NCBI GenBank assembly: GCA_015134355.1
Contig: CP043978.1
Location: 198,902-262,901, forward strand
From: Candidatus Stammera capleta
Lineage (GTDB): Bacteria; Pseudomonadota; Gammaproteobacteria; Enterobacterales; Enterobacteriaceae
Length of the DNA: 64,000 nucleotides
Direction of reading: 5' to 3'
The position numbers were made by a program, and so were the translations under genes. A model generated the notes under the pieces. That model worked only from the letters and a program-made list of their open reading frames with translations, was not told the DNA's origin and searched no databases. This document shows, piece after piece, positions 48,836-59,464 of the stretch (the stretch's first letter is position 1; every line of letters starts with the position of its first letter).

Positions 48836-51325
48836 TTATATTTTTTCACATTGTATTACTTTTTCTATATTTTTTAATTTTATTAAAATTATTCCTTGTG
48901 TATTTCTTTTAAATATATTTATATTTTTAGTATAAATTCTTAATATATTTCCTTTATTAGTTATTATTAATATTTGTTGTTTTTTATTTTTGTTTGTAGT
49001 ATATATTGCTTTAATTATAAAACTATTTTTATTATTTATTTTTATTGAAATTAAACCTTTAATAGCTCTTGATTTTATAGGAAATTCTGTTATACATGTT
49101 TTTTTACCATAACCATTTTTTGTAATTAATATTACATATCCTTTAGTATATTTATATTTTATTATTAGTGATGATGCTACTTTATCTTTATTAGATAATT
49201 TTATACCTTTTATTCCATATGCGTTTTTACCCATATTTCTAATATTTTTTTCTAAAAATCTTACTGTTTTACCATATTTAGTAAATAACATAATTTGATT
49301 TTTTCCATTAGTTATATGTGTATTAATTATTTTATCATTATTTTTAAGATTTATTATATTAGTTCCTTTTTTTCTTTTTATATTAATTTTATTTAATTTA
49401 ATTTTTTTAATTAATCCTTTTTTAGTTATTAAAATTATATATTTATTTATTATTTTTTTAATATTTACTGACATTAAATAATTTATATTTTCATTTTTTA
49501 ATATATTAATAAAATTTATTAATGGTTTTCCTCTAGGATTTTTAGTAAAATTTAATATTTTAAATATTTTTAAATAAAATATTTTTCCAGTATTTGTAAA
49601 TAATAGTAAATTTTTGTGTGTATCAGTAATTATCATATTATTTACATAGTCTTCATTTTTTAATTTTATTATATTTTTTCCCATTCTACCTTTATTTTTT
49701 ATTTTTAATTTATATAATTTTTTATATTTTATATATCCTAGTTTAGATAAAATTATAATAATTTTTTCTTTTTTAATTATATCTTTAGTTTTTAATATTT
49801 TTGTATTTTTTATAATTTTAGTAATTCTTTTATCACCAAATTTATTTTTTATATATATAAATTCTTTTTTAATTATGTTATTTATTAAATTTTTATTATT
49901 TAATATATTATTAAATTTTTTTATTTTTTTTATTATTTTTTTATATTTTATATATATATTTTGGTTTTCTTGTTTATTTAATTTTATTAAACTTAATTTT
50001 AAAATATTATTAATTTGTTTAATTGAAAATTTGTATTTATTTTTTTTATTTAATAAATTTTTTAATTTATTATATATTTTTCATTTTTTTTTAATTATAT
50101 TTTTTATAGCTAATTTTTTATTATTTGATTCTTTTATAATATTAAGTATTTTTTTAATATTATATAAACAAATTAATAATCCTTCACATATATGTAATTT
50201 TTTTTTAATTTTTTTTAATTTAAATATTATTTTTTTTTTAATTATATTTTTTCTATGTTTTATAAATATTTTAATAATTTTTTTTAAATTTAATATTTTA
50301 GGTTTATTTTTATATAAAGCTACTATATTAATTCCATAAGATATTTTTAAATTAGTTAATTTTATTAATTTATTAATTAATATTTTTCTTTTAATATGTT
50401 TTTTAACTTCTATAACTATTCTCATTCCATCTTTATCAGATTCATCTCTTATATTTTTTATTTCATTTATTATTTTATCTTTCATTAATTCTATAATTTT
50501 TTTAATTATTTTAGATTTATTAGTTTGATATGGTAATTGATTAATTATTATATTTTTTTTATTATTTATATTATTATTTTCAATATTTATTTTTGCTATT
50601 ATTTTTATATTTCCTTTACCTGTTTTATATGCATTATATATACCATTATTATCTTCTATAATACCTCCAGTTGGAAAATCAGGTCCTTTAATATATTTCA
50701 TTAGTTCTTTAGTTCTTAAATTTTTGTTATTCATAAATTTTATAAATGCATTCATTACTTCACATATATTATGAGGAGGTATATTAGTTGCCATACCAAC
50801 AGCTATTCCTGTTGTTCCATTAATTAAAATATTAGGTATTTTAGTAGGTAATATTTCTGGTATTTTTTCAGTAGAATCATAATTAGGAAAAAAGTTTATT
50901 GTTTTTTTTTCTATATCCTTTAAAAATTCTTTTGTTATTTTTGACATTCTTATTTCTGTATATCTCATAGCTGCAGCTTTATCTCCATCTATTGACCCAA
51001 AATTTCCTTGTCCATCTATTAGTGGATATCTCATAGAAAAATTTTGTGCCATTCTTACTATGGATTCATATACTGCATTATCTCCATGTGGATGATATTT
51101 ACCAATTACATCTCCTACTATTCTTGCAGATTTTTTATATGGTTTATTATGTACATTTTTTAAGATAAACATAGCGTATAATATTCTTCTATGTACAGGT
51201 TTTAATCCATCTCTTATATCTGGTAAAGCTCTTCCTATAATTACAGACATTGCATAATTAATATATGATTTTTTTAATTCATTTTCTATATCAATTTCTT
51301 TAATCTTTTTTTTTATATTATTCAT
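48836..51325 (-). CDS. gyrA: DNA gyrase subunit A
   Basis: [81 protein letters not shown] and the catalytic-Tyr context are present. The linker 49685-50080 was checked codon by codon (...[18 protein letters not shown]...LSKLGYIKY...). Length 829 aa. Confidence 0.95.
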
Positions 51326-51469
51326 TTAGTTTTTATATTATTTTTTTAAAAATTTTAATATTTTTAAAATTTTTTTATTAATTATATATTTTAAAATAAA
51401 TTTTTTAAAATTTTTTCTTATTTATAATTTTAATTTTTAAAAATATTTTTTTAATATTTAAAATTTATT

Positions 51470-51507
51470 TATACCCATATATTTAAATATATATATATAT
51501 GGGTATA
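51470..51507. terminator. Hairpin downstream of the DUF883-like gene at the end of the manXYZ block
   Basis: A 13-bp stem (51470-51482 TATACCCATATAT pairs with 51495-51507 ATATATGGGTATA) lies just 3' of the minus-strand gene that ends at 51511. Confidence 0.4.
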
Positions 51508-51510
51508 TTT

Positions 51511-51759
51511 TTATTTTTTTTTTAATATATATCCTATTATTAATCCTAAAGTTAATGATAACATTATAGATGTAATAGGTTTTTTTTTAATATTATTTTT
51601 TGTAAAGTTAAATATTTCATTTATTATTTTATTTGAATTATTTATATATTGTTTTGTTTTATTTTTTAAATTTTCATCTTTTGATATATCATTATATTTA
51701 TTTCTTATACATTTAAATACTTCTTTTACTTTTTTTTCAGTTTTATCTAAAATATTCAT
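51511..51759 (-). CDS. DUF883-family (ElaB/YqjD/YgaM-like) C-tail-anchored membrane protein
   Basis: An 82-aa protein with a charged helical N-part. The C-terminus KKKPITSIMLSLTLGLIIGYILKKK resembles E. coli YqjD/ElaB ...ENPWTGVGIGAAIGVVLGVLLSRR. Confidence 0.6.
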   Translation of the reverse strand: MNILDKTEKKVKEVFKCIRNKYNDISKDENLKNKTKQYINNSNKIINEIFNFTKNNIKKKPITSIMLSLTLGLIIGYILKKK

Positions 51760-51775
51760 ATTTTTTATTTAAATT

Positions 51776-52603
51776 TTAAGATAATATTTTAAAATAATTA
51801 CTAAATATTCCTAATAATAATAATAAAAACATTAATATTAAAGGATTAATTTTTTTATTTAATAATCACATACATATTAATGTTAATAAAAGAGGAATTA
51901 TTCCAGGTACTAGATTATCTAACATATCTTGTAATTTAACATTAATATTTTTACCATTTTTTATAAAATGTGTTATTATGATTGGTGTTGTAACTTTAGT
52001 TCATTTATTTACTAAAGCACCTAATACAAATAATCCTAATATAGAAGATGCTTCTGTTATTTTTTTTAAAAAATTTTTATTTAATTCTTTAATTATATTA
52101 ATTCCTTTTGTATAACCATAATGTAATCCATAATATAAAGTTGATAATCTTATTAAATTAAATGATATAAAAAAAAATATAGGACCTATTATACTTCCGT
52201 TTATAGCTAAGCTAGAACCTATAGCAGATAGCATAGGTCTTATTGTTCCTCAAAAAACTGGATCACCTATACCTGCTAATGGACCCATTAATCCTATTTT
52301 TATATTTTTAATATAACTTGATTTTATTTTATTATATTTAGATTTTTCTTCTTCCATAGCTATTATTATTCCAAGTATAGGTGATACCATATATGGATGT
52401 GTATTAAAGAATTCTAAGTGTCTTTTAAAAGCTTTTTTTTTTTTAAAATTATTATTTTTATATAATTTATTTAATATAGGTAATATAGAATAACAAAACC
52501 CTAAAGCTTGCATTCTTTCAAAATTTCATGATCCTTGTAATAAAATACTACGTATAAATACTTTATTAATATCTGTTTTAGTAATTTTAATATTATTTTT
52601 CAT
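51776..52603 (-). CDS. manZ: PTS mannose-family transporter subunit IID
   Basis: DINKVFIRSILLQGSW(TGA)NFERMQALGFCYSILP, RHLEFFNTHPY, GLMGPLAGIGDPVFW(TGA)GTIRP, ILGLFVLGALVNKW(TGA)T and LLLTLICMW(TGA)LL are colinear with E. coli ManZ. Length 275 aa. Confidence 0.9.
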
Positions 52604-52618
52604 AATTTTATATTTGAT

Positions 52619-53425
52619 TTAATCTAATTCATTATCTTTAATATTATTTTTATTATTTTTATTATTTTTTATATATTTAAATTCATAATATTTAGGTGAT
52701 AATTGTATATATAATATTGATAAAATTAAACCTATTATACCTAATGATAACAAATTAAAAGAGGTTGAACCTGCAATTATAAATCCTAAATAAAAAAATG
52801 GCATTAAATATTTTTCTTTAATCATATTTATTACCATTGCATAACCTATAGTAACTATAATATTACTAGATATATTTAATCCTTTAGTTATAAAATCAGG
52901 TATTATATTTAAAAAATTTTTTATAGTTTCAGTTTTCATAGAATAACAAAATATAAGTACAGGTATAGATATTCTTAAAGCTTGAAGTATTAAAGCGATT
53001 ATATGTATATATGATATATATATAGTATTTTTATTATTTTCAATTATTTTATCAGCTAAATGTTGAAAACTTATACATATACTTCTTATAATTATTGTTA
53101 ATATTTGTCCAATTGCTGCTATTGGTATAGCTAAAGTAATTCCTGATCCTATACTTTGTTTACCTATTATAACTAATAATGTAGATATTATAGAAGCTAA
53201 TGCTATATCTGGACAAATAGCAGCTCCTATATTTATTCATCCTAAAGACATTATTTCTAATGTTCCACCTATCATTATACCTATTTTTATATTTCCTAGT
53301 ATTAAACCAATTAATGTACATGATAATAATGGTCTATGTAATTGAAATTGGTCTAATATTGATTCTATACCTATTAATGAGCTTATTAAAAAAATTAATA
53401 TTAATTTAAATGATGTTATTTCCAT
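52619..53425 (-). CDS. manY: PTS mannose-family transporter subunit IIC
   Basis: MEITSFKLILIFL...ILDQFQLHRPLLSCTLIGLILG...GGTLEIMSLGW(TGA 53237-53239)INIGAA...GYAMVINMIKEKYLMPFFYLGF...LYIQLSPKY...DNELD is very close to E. coli ManY. Confidence 0.95.
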
Positions 53426-53437
53426 TTTTTTTCCTAA

Positions 53438-54349
53438 TTAATTTTTTATATTATTTAATATATTTATTAAATTTATTTTTTTATTATTAGGTACCTTTCT
53501 TATTTCTAATTCTATATTCATTTTATTTAAATCATAAAATGATTTTATATCTTTTTTATTTACAGAAATTGCATCTGTTATTTGTATTTTTCCTTCTTTA
53601 TATGACATTCCTCCTATATTAATAGATTTTATTATTAACCCTTTTTTTATAGTTTTTAATATATCTTTTGGATTTGTAAATAAAAGTAATACTTTATCGT
53701 TTTTATATTTTGGATTATTATATACTTTAATAAATTTATTTATATTAACTACATGAGAATTTATACTTGGTGGAGATACTTGTTTAAGTAATTTAACTCT
53801 TATTGGATCTTTATATATTTTATCATTAATTACTATTATTCTTGATATTTTTAGTTCTTTACTTCAACCAGTACATACTTGTCCATGTATTAATCTATCA
53901 TCTATTCTTGTTAGCATTATTTTCATATTATTTGTGTCTTTTTTTTTTATATTAAATGTTGTACTATTTATACCTTTTTTACCACTTTTTATTGCTATGT
54001 TAACTAATTTATATATTTTATTATTTTCTTTAATACACATGAATACTTCTAATAACATAGGTATATTTGTTCCTGATATAATTTCTCCTTTTATTTTTTT
54101 ATTAGTATTAAGAATATTATTTGCAGCATTAAAAGGACTTCCTCCTAATATATCTACAAAGAAAATTATTTTTTTAATATTTGATTTTTTTATACATTTT
54201 TTATATTTATTAATTATATTATCTGTATTTTCTCCTGTTAAAAATTTTATTGCAAATGTATTTGATTGTTTACCTATTATTAATTCAATAGTTTTTAATA
54301 TTTCTATAGCTAATTTACCATGCATGCATATTATAATTAATATTTTCAA
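53438..54349 (-). CDS. manX: PTS mannose-family enzyme IIAB
   Basis: The IIA phospho-His context is IICMHG (E. coli VIGTHG). GGSPFNAA is present, as is the IIB phospho-His context RIDDRLIHGQVCTGW(TGA 53864-53866)SKE...SRIIVIND, LLLFTNP and the C-terminal ELEIRKVP. The Ala/Pro linker is shortened. Length 303 aa. Confidence 0.9.
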
Positions 54350-54840
54350 TATTTTATCCTTTTAAATTTATTATATAATTTTATTATAAATTTATATTAT
54401 ATATTTAATATTTCAATTTATATATAATATATTATTTTTTAAAAAAATTTAATATATTAAATTATAAAATTATTATATATTTATAAATTGTGATTTTATA
54501 AATATTATAAATATTTAAATAATTTAAAAATAAAATATTAATAATATATTAATATTATATATAAAATTATAAATTTTAAATATTTTAAAATTATATTAAT
54601 TATATTTTAAAGTATTAATTATATATTTAAATATATAAATTATTAATAATTTAAAATTTTATATTTAAATTTATATATTTTAGTAATATATTCATTAAAT
54701 TATTAATATTTTTTATAAAAATTTTTAATTAAATATTATAGATATAATATTTATTTTAATAAATATTTATAATTATATTTATAATAAAATTTTTTATTAT
54801 ATTATTTATTTTTTAAAAATTTTATTTTATTATTATATAT
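54350..54840. other. Longest non-coding spacer in the window (about 491 bp, about 98% A+T) between divergent manX and mutH
   Basis: I count only about 8 G/C in the stretch. No ORF, tRNA-like or structured G/C-containing element is visible. It presumably carries the two divergent promoters. Confidence 0.6.
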
Positions 54841-55461
54841 ATGTTAAATCTATTAGAAAAATATATATTAAATTTTTTAGATAATATTTATGGTTTATAT
54901 ATTTATGATTTAATTAATAATATTGGAAATAAAATTAATAATATTGATAGATTAAATAAAGGTTATATAGGTAATTTAATTGAAAAATATATTAATTTAA
55001 ATATTTCTAGGAAAGATATTTGTGATATATCTTTAATAAATTTAGAAATTAAAACATTTGGTATGGATTATAATAAAAATTTATTAAATGATATTTCTTT
55101 AATTTCATTTAAATATTTAAATTTATTTATAATATTAGAAAAATTATTTTATAAAATTAAAAATATTTTATTTATTCCGATTATAGGTAATAAATATTCT
55201 TGTATAGAAAATAAGATAATAGGAAAAGCTTTTATACTAAAATTTAGTAAATATAATATTTTATCTTTTAAGAATGAATTATATAATTTAAATAATTTTA
55301 TTAAAAATAATTATAATAATAAATATTTTATAAATAATTTTTATACTAAAAGATTTAGATTACAATTTTTTTTAAATAAAAATAAAGAAATATTTTTAAA
55401 TATTTTTTTTAGAAAAAAATTTATATTAAATATAATTAATAAAAATAATATTATTTTTTAA
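54841..55461 (+). CDS. mutH: DNA mismatch repair endonuclease MutH
   Basis: RLNKGYIGNLIEKYINLN resembles E. coli KRDKGWIGVLLEIWLGAS. CDISLINLEIKTFGMD resembles DFAALGVELKTIPVD, with D62, E69 and K71 (55024-55053) spaced like catalytic D70, E77 and K79. KIKNILFIPIIGN resembles KLKRVLWIPVEGE. Length 206 aa versus 229. Confidence 0.7.
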   Translation: MLNLLEKYILNFLDNIYGLYIYDLINNIGNKINNIDRLNKGYIGNLIEKYINLNISRKDICDISLINLEIKTFGMDYNKNLLNDISLISFKYLNLFIILEKLFYKIKNILFIPIIGNKYSCIENKIIGKAFILKFSKYNILSFKNELYNLNNFIKNNYNNKYFINNFYTKRFRLQFFLNKNKEIFLNIFFRKKFILNIINKNNIIF

Positions 55462-55468
55462 TTTATTA

Positions 55469-56851
55469 TTAATTTAAGTTTTTTAGTATAGGAAATAATA
55501 TAATTTCTTTAATTGATGTACTATTTGTTAAAATCATTAATAATCTGTCTATTCCTATTCCTACACCAGCTGTAGGTGGTAATCCATATTTTAATGCTTC
55601 TATATATTCTTTATCATATTTATAATTTTTATTAATTAATTTTTGTTTTATAAATCTTTTTTTTTGTTCTTTATAATCATTTAATTCTGAAAATCCATTT
55701 GCTATTTCTATTCCTCCTATAAATAATTCAAATCTATCTGCTATTTTATTATTTTTTTTATTTTGTAAAGAAAGTGGTGATATTTCTATAGGATGTTTAA
55801 TTATAAAAGTAGGTTTAATTAATTTTTTTTCTGTAGTTAATTTAAATATTTTTTCTATAATTTTTGATTTTTTTAATTTAATATTTATTTTAAGTTTTTT
55901 AGCTATTTTTTTAATTATTTTTATATTATTTAAATCTTTAATATTTTTAAAATATTTGGAATATTTGTATATTGATTTTTTTATTGATATTATTTTAAAT
56001 TTTTTATTTAAATATATTTTTTTTTTATTTATAATTAAGAAATTTTTTTTAAAAATATTATTTATTATATATATAATAATATTTTTAGTTAAATTCATCA
56101 TATTTTTATAATTTGAATATGCTTTATATATTTCTATCATAGTAAATTCTGGATTATGTGTAGTAGATATTCCCTCATTACGAAAATTTCTATTTAGTTC
56201 AAATATTTTTGTAAAACCTGATATTATTAATCTTTTTAAATATAGTTCAGGTGCTATACGTAAATACATTTTAGTATTTAATTTATTATGATATGTAATA
56301 AATGGTTTTGCAATAGCTCCTCCTGGTATATTATGTAACATAGGTGTTTCAACTTCTAAAAAATCATTATTATTTAAATATTTTCTAATTATATAAATAA
56401 CTTTTATTCTTAATAAAAATTTATTTTTTGTTTCATTATTTATTATTAAATCTAAGTATCTTTTTCTAAATTTTTTTTCCTTTTTTTTTAATTTATTATA
56501 TTTGTCTGGTAAATGTTTATATATTTTAACTAATATTTTAAAGTATAAACATTTTATTGTTAATTCATTAGTTTTTGTTTTAAATAGTATTCCATTAATA
56601 TAAATTATATCTCCTATATTAGATTTATTTATTCTTTTTATATATTTTTTACTTAAATAATTTTTTATTGCTAATATTTGTATATTTGATTTTATATCTT
56701 GTATATTAAAAAAAATATTTTTTTTCATAATTCTTTTAGATATAATTCTACCTGAAATATATGTTTTAATTTTTAATGTATTAATTATATTTCTAGTTTT
56801 ATTTTTAAAATATTTTATTATATTAGATATATTATTTATTTTTTTAAACAT
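55469..56851 (-). CDS. lysS: Lysine--tRNA ligase (class II)
   Basis: FRKRYLDLIINNETKNKFLLR, FLEVETPMLHNIPGGAIAKPFITYHN, MYLRIAPELYLKRL, NRNFRNEGISTTHNPEFTMIE, DRFELFIGGIEIANGFSELND and GLPPTAGVGIGIDRLLM are colinear with E. coli LysS. The N-terminus is about 45 aa shorter. Confidence 0.9.
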   Translation of the reverse strand: MFKKINNISNIIKYFKNKTRNIINTLKIKTYISGRIISKRIMKKNIFFNIQDIKSNIQILAIKNYLSKKYIKRINKSNIGDIIYINGILFKTKTNELTIKCLYFKILVKIYKHLPDKYNKLKKKEKKFRKRYLDLIINNETKNKFLLRIKVIYIIRKYLNNNDFLEVETPMLHNIPGGAIAKPFITYHNKLNTKMYLRIAPELYLKRLIISGFTKIFELNRNFRNEGISTTHNPEFTMIEIYKAYSNYKNMMNLTKNIIIYIINNIFKKNFLIINKKKIYLNKKFKIISIKKSIYKYSKYFKNIKDLNNIKIIKKIAKKLKINIKLKKSKIIEKIFKLTTEKKLIKPTFIIKHPIEISPLSLQNKKNNKIADRFELFIGGIEIANGFSELNDYKEQKKRFIKQKLINKNYKYDKEYIEALKYGLPPTAGVGIGIDRLLMILTNSTSIKEIILFPILKNLN

Positions 56852-56860
56852 TTTAAATAT

Positions 56861-57421
56861 TTATATAATTTTTTTATTAATTGAATTTTGTATTTTATTT
56901 AAATTATTATATTTAATTAATTTTTTTATATAAAATATACATTTTTTAATTGATTTTTTAATTAAATTTTTTTCTAATTTATTTGGTTTAGATATCACAA
57001 AATTATTTAAATTATTATTTTTAGGTTTACCTATACCAATTCTTAATTTGTAGAAATTATTTTTTTTAATATATTTTATAATATTTTTAATACCATTATG
57101 TGTGCTTATTTTATTAATATTATTTTGAATTTTACAATTTCCGGGTAATATATTTATGTCATCGTATACTATTAATATATTTTTACTTTTTATATTTAAT
57201 TTATTTATTATTTTAAATATTAATTTTCCACAATTATTAATATATGAATTTGGAGTATATAAAAATATTAATTTTTTTTTTATTTTTTTAATGTAAATTT
57301 TATTTAAAATAATTTTATTTAATTTTAAAAATTTTTTAATAAATCATATACCTACATTATGTCTAGTATTAAATAATTTTTTATTTTTATTACCTAGTCC
57401 AATTATTAATTTAATATTCAT
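56861..57421 (-). CDS. pth: Peptidyl-tRNA hydrolase
   Basis: MNIKLIIGLGNKNKKLFNTRHNVGIW(TGA)FIKKF..., YDDINILPG, THNGIKNI and FYKLRIGIGKP match E. coli Pth ([31 protein letters not shown]...HDELDLPPG...GHNGLKDI...FHRLRIGIGHP). Length 186 aa. Confidence 0.85.
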
Positions 57422-57553
57422 ATTAAAATTTAAAATAAAATAAATTATTTTAAATTATATCATATATAATATATATATTTATATTCAAAATTTTTTATAT
57501 ATATTTATATATATTAAATTTATATTATTTTTAATTAAATTATATTTAATTTT

Positions 57554-58615
57554 ATGAAAAAAGAATTAGAAATCAAATTTTTTAAATTAGAAAAAAGATT
57601 ATTATATTTAAAAGATAAGTTATATTATAAAAATATTATTAAAAATGATAATTTTAATTATAATTTATTTAAAGAATATAATATTAATTTAAAAATTTAT
57701 AATATTTTTAATCAATATAAAAAATATATTAATGAATTAAATTTATTAGATGAGTTAAATAATGATAAAGAATTATATTCTTTAATTAAAGAAGAAAAAT
57801 TAAATTTAAAAAATATTATTAAAAATTTAGAAAATAAATTAGAAAATTTTTTTTTATCTAAAAAAATAGATAATAATGATAAACTAAATATATATTTAGA
57901 GATTCATGCTGGTACAGGTGGTAATGAAGCTAGTATATTTGTTTCAGATTTATTTAAAATGTATGTTAAATATTGTGAAAAAATGAAATGAAAGGTAGAA
58001 TTAATAAATTTTAATAATAATAATTGTAAAGGATATAAATATATTATATGTAAAATAATAGGTAAATATGTATATAAAAAATTAAAATTTGAGTCTGGTG
58101 GTCATAGAGTACAAAGAATACCTAAAACAGAATCTAAAGGTAGAATACATACTTCTACTTGTATAGTAGCTGTAATTCCTGTAATACCAAAAATTAAATT
58201 ACCTATAATTAGAAATGAAGATATTAAAATTGATACTTTTAAATCTTCTGGAGCTGGTGGTCAACATGTAAATACAACTGATTCAGCAGTTAGAATAACT
58301 CATATTCCTACTGGTTTAATAGTAGAATGTCAACAGGAAAGATCTCAACATAAAAATAAATCTAAAGCTTTAGAAGTATTAAAGTCTCGTATTTATAATT
58401 TAGAAGTTAATAAAATTAATAAAGAAAATAGTATTAAAAAGAAAAATTTGTTAGGTACAGGATTTAGAAATGATAGAAATAGAACTTATAATTTTGTTCA
58501 AAATAGAGTAACAGATCATAGAATAAATTTAAATATATATTCATTAGATAAAATTTTAAATGGTAATTTAGATTTATTATTAAATTCCTTATTAAATAAT
58601 TTAAATAATAATTAA
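57554..58615 (+). CDS. prfA: Peptide chain release factor 1
   Basis: [27 protein letters not shown](TGA 57989-57991)KVEL and [23 protein letters not shown] are present, the latter with the RF1-type P-x-T tripeptide PKT at 58121-58129. [23 protein letters not shown] carries GGQ. Length 353 aa. Confidence 0.9.
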
Positions 58616-58619
58616 TTTT

Positions 58620-59462
58620 ATGAAAATTAAAAATTGATTAAATAAAGTTTGTTTATATAGCAAAACTAATTTATATATATATAAAGAATGTTATATATTT
58701 ATAGAATTTTTATTAAAAAAAGATCGTATTTGAATAGAAATTAATATTAATTTTAAATTGAGCTTAAAAAATATAGAATATTTAAATTTATTTTTAATAA
58801 GGAGATTAAGAGGTGAACCAATTGCTTATATTTTAAATAAATATTATTTTTTAAATATTTCATATATAATTTATCCTGATATCTTTATACCTAGATTAGG
58901 AACTGAATATATGGTAGATTATGTTATTAAATTAATTAAAAAAGAAAATTTATTAAATATATTAGATTTAGGTAGTGGTACTGGTGTAATAGCTTGTACA
59001 ATATCTAAAAATTGTCCAAATACTAATATTTGAGCATTAGATAATAATATTTTATCTATAAATTTAATTAAAATTAACTGTTTGAAATTAAATATAAATA
59101 ATATTAATTTATTAAAGAGTAATTGATTTTTGAGTATTAAAAATAAATTTAATTTTTTTAATTTAATAGTTTCTAATCCTCCTTATATTTGAAAAAAAGA
59201 TATATGTGTAAATAATAATGATTTACGTTTTGAATGTAGAAATTCTTTATTATCTAAAAGTAAGGGTATTGAAGATATTTTATATATTATTATATCTTCT
59301 TGAAATTATTTAGATAATAAAGGTTGATTAGTTTTAGAACATTCTTTATTAAATTTTAATAAAATAATTTATTATTTTAAAAAATATTATTTTAATGTTT
59401 ATACATATAAAGGTATTAATAATAATTATAGATTTACAGTAGGTCAAAAAATTTTTAAATAG
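58620..59462 (+). CDS. prmC: Release factor glutamine N5-methyltransferase PrmC (HemK)
   Basis: It starts 4 nt after prfA. RRLRGEPIAYILNK, the SAM motif ILDLGSGTGVIA and the catalytic VSNPPYIW(TGA) are present. It has nine internal TGA codons. Stop TAG at 59460-59462. Confidence 0.85.
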
Positions 59463-59464
59463 TT

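Noticed and set aside
51085-51105. The GyrA quinolone-resistance-determining region reads [13 protein letters not shown], against E. coli HPHGDSAVYDTIV (Ser83 to Asn, Asp87 to Glu).
   Set aside because: This is probably ordinary lineage divergence in an organism never exposed to quinolones. These are not the classical resistance substitutions, and there is no functional inference I can support. The coordinates given are approximate.
54350-54840. I considered CRISPR arrays, insertion sequences, integrases, toxin-antitoxin or restriction/defence genes, both in this spacer and across the window.
   Set aside because: No regularly spaced direct repeats, no transposase- or integrase-like ORFs, and no unexplained multi-gene cluster are present. 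Every ORF of appreciable size is accounted for by a conserved housekeeping gene. The apparent repeats in the spacers are low-complexity A/T runs.
56861-56863. The pth stop codon is in the same reading frame as lysS, whose start lies 9 nt downstream. This hinted at a possible read-through fusion.
   Set aside because: The stop is TAA, not the recoded TGA. lysS has its own ATG, and the two proteins are unrelated enzymes. The shared frame is most simply coincidence.
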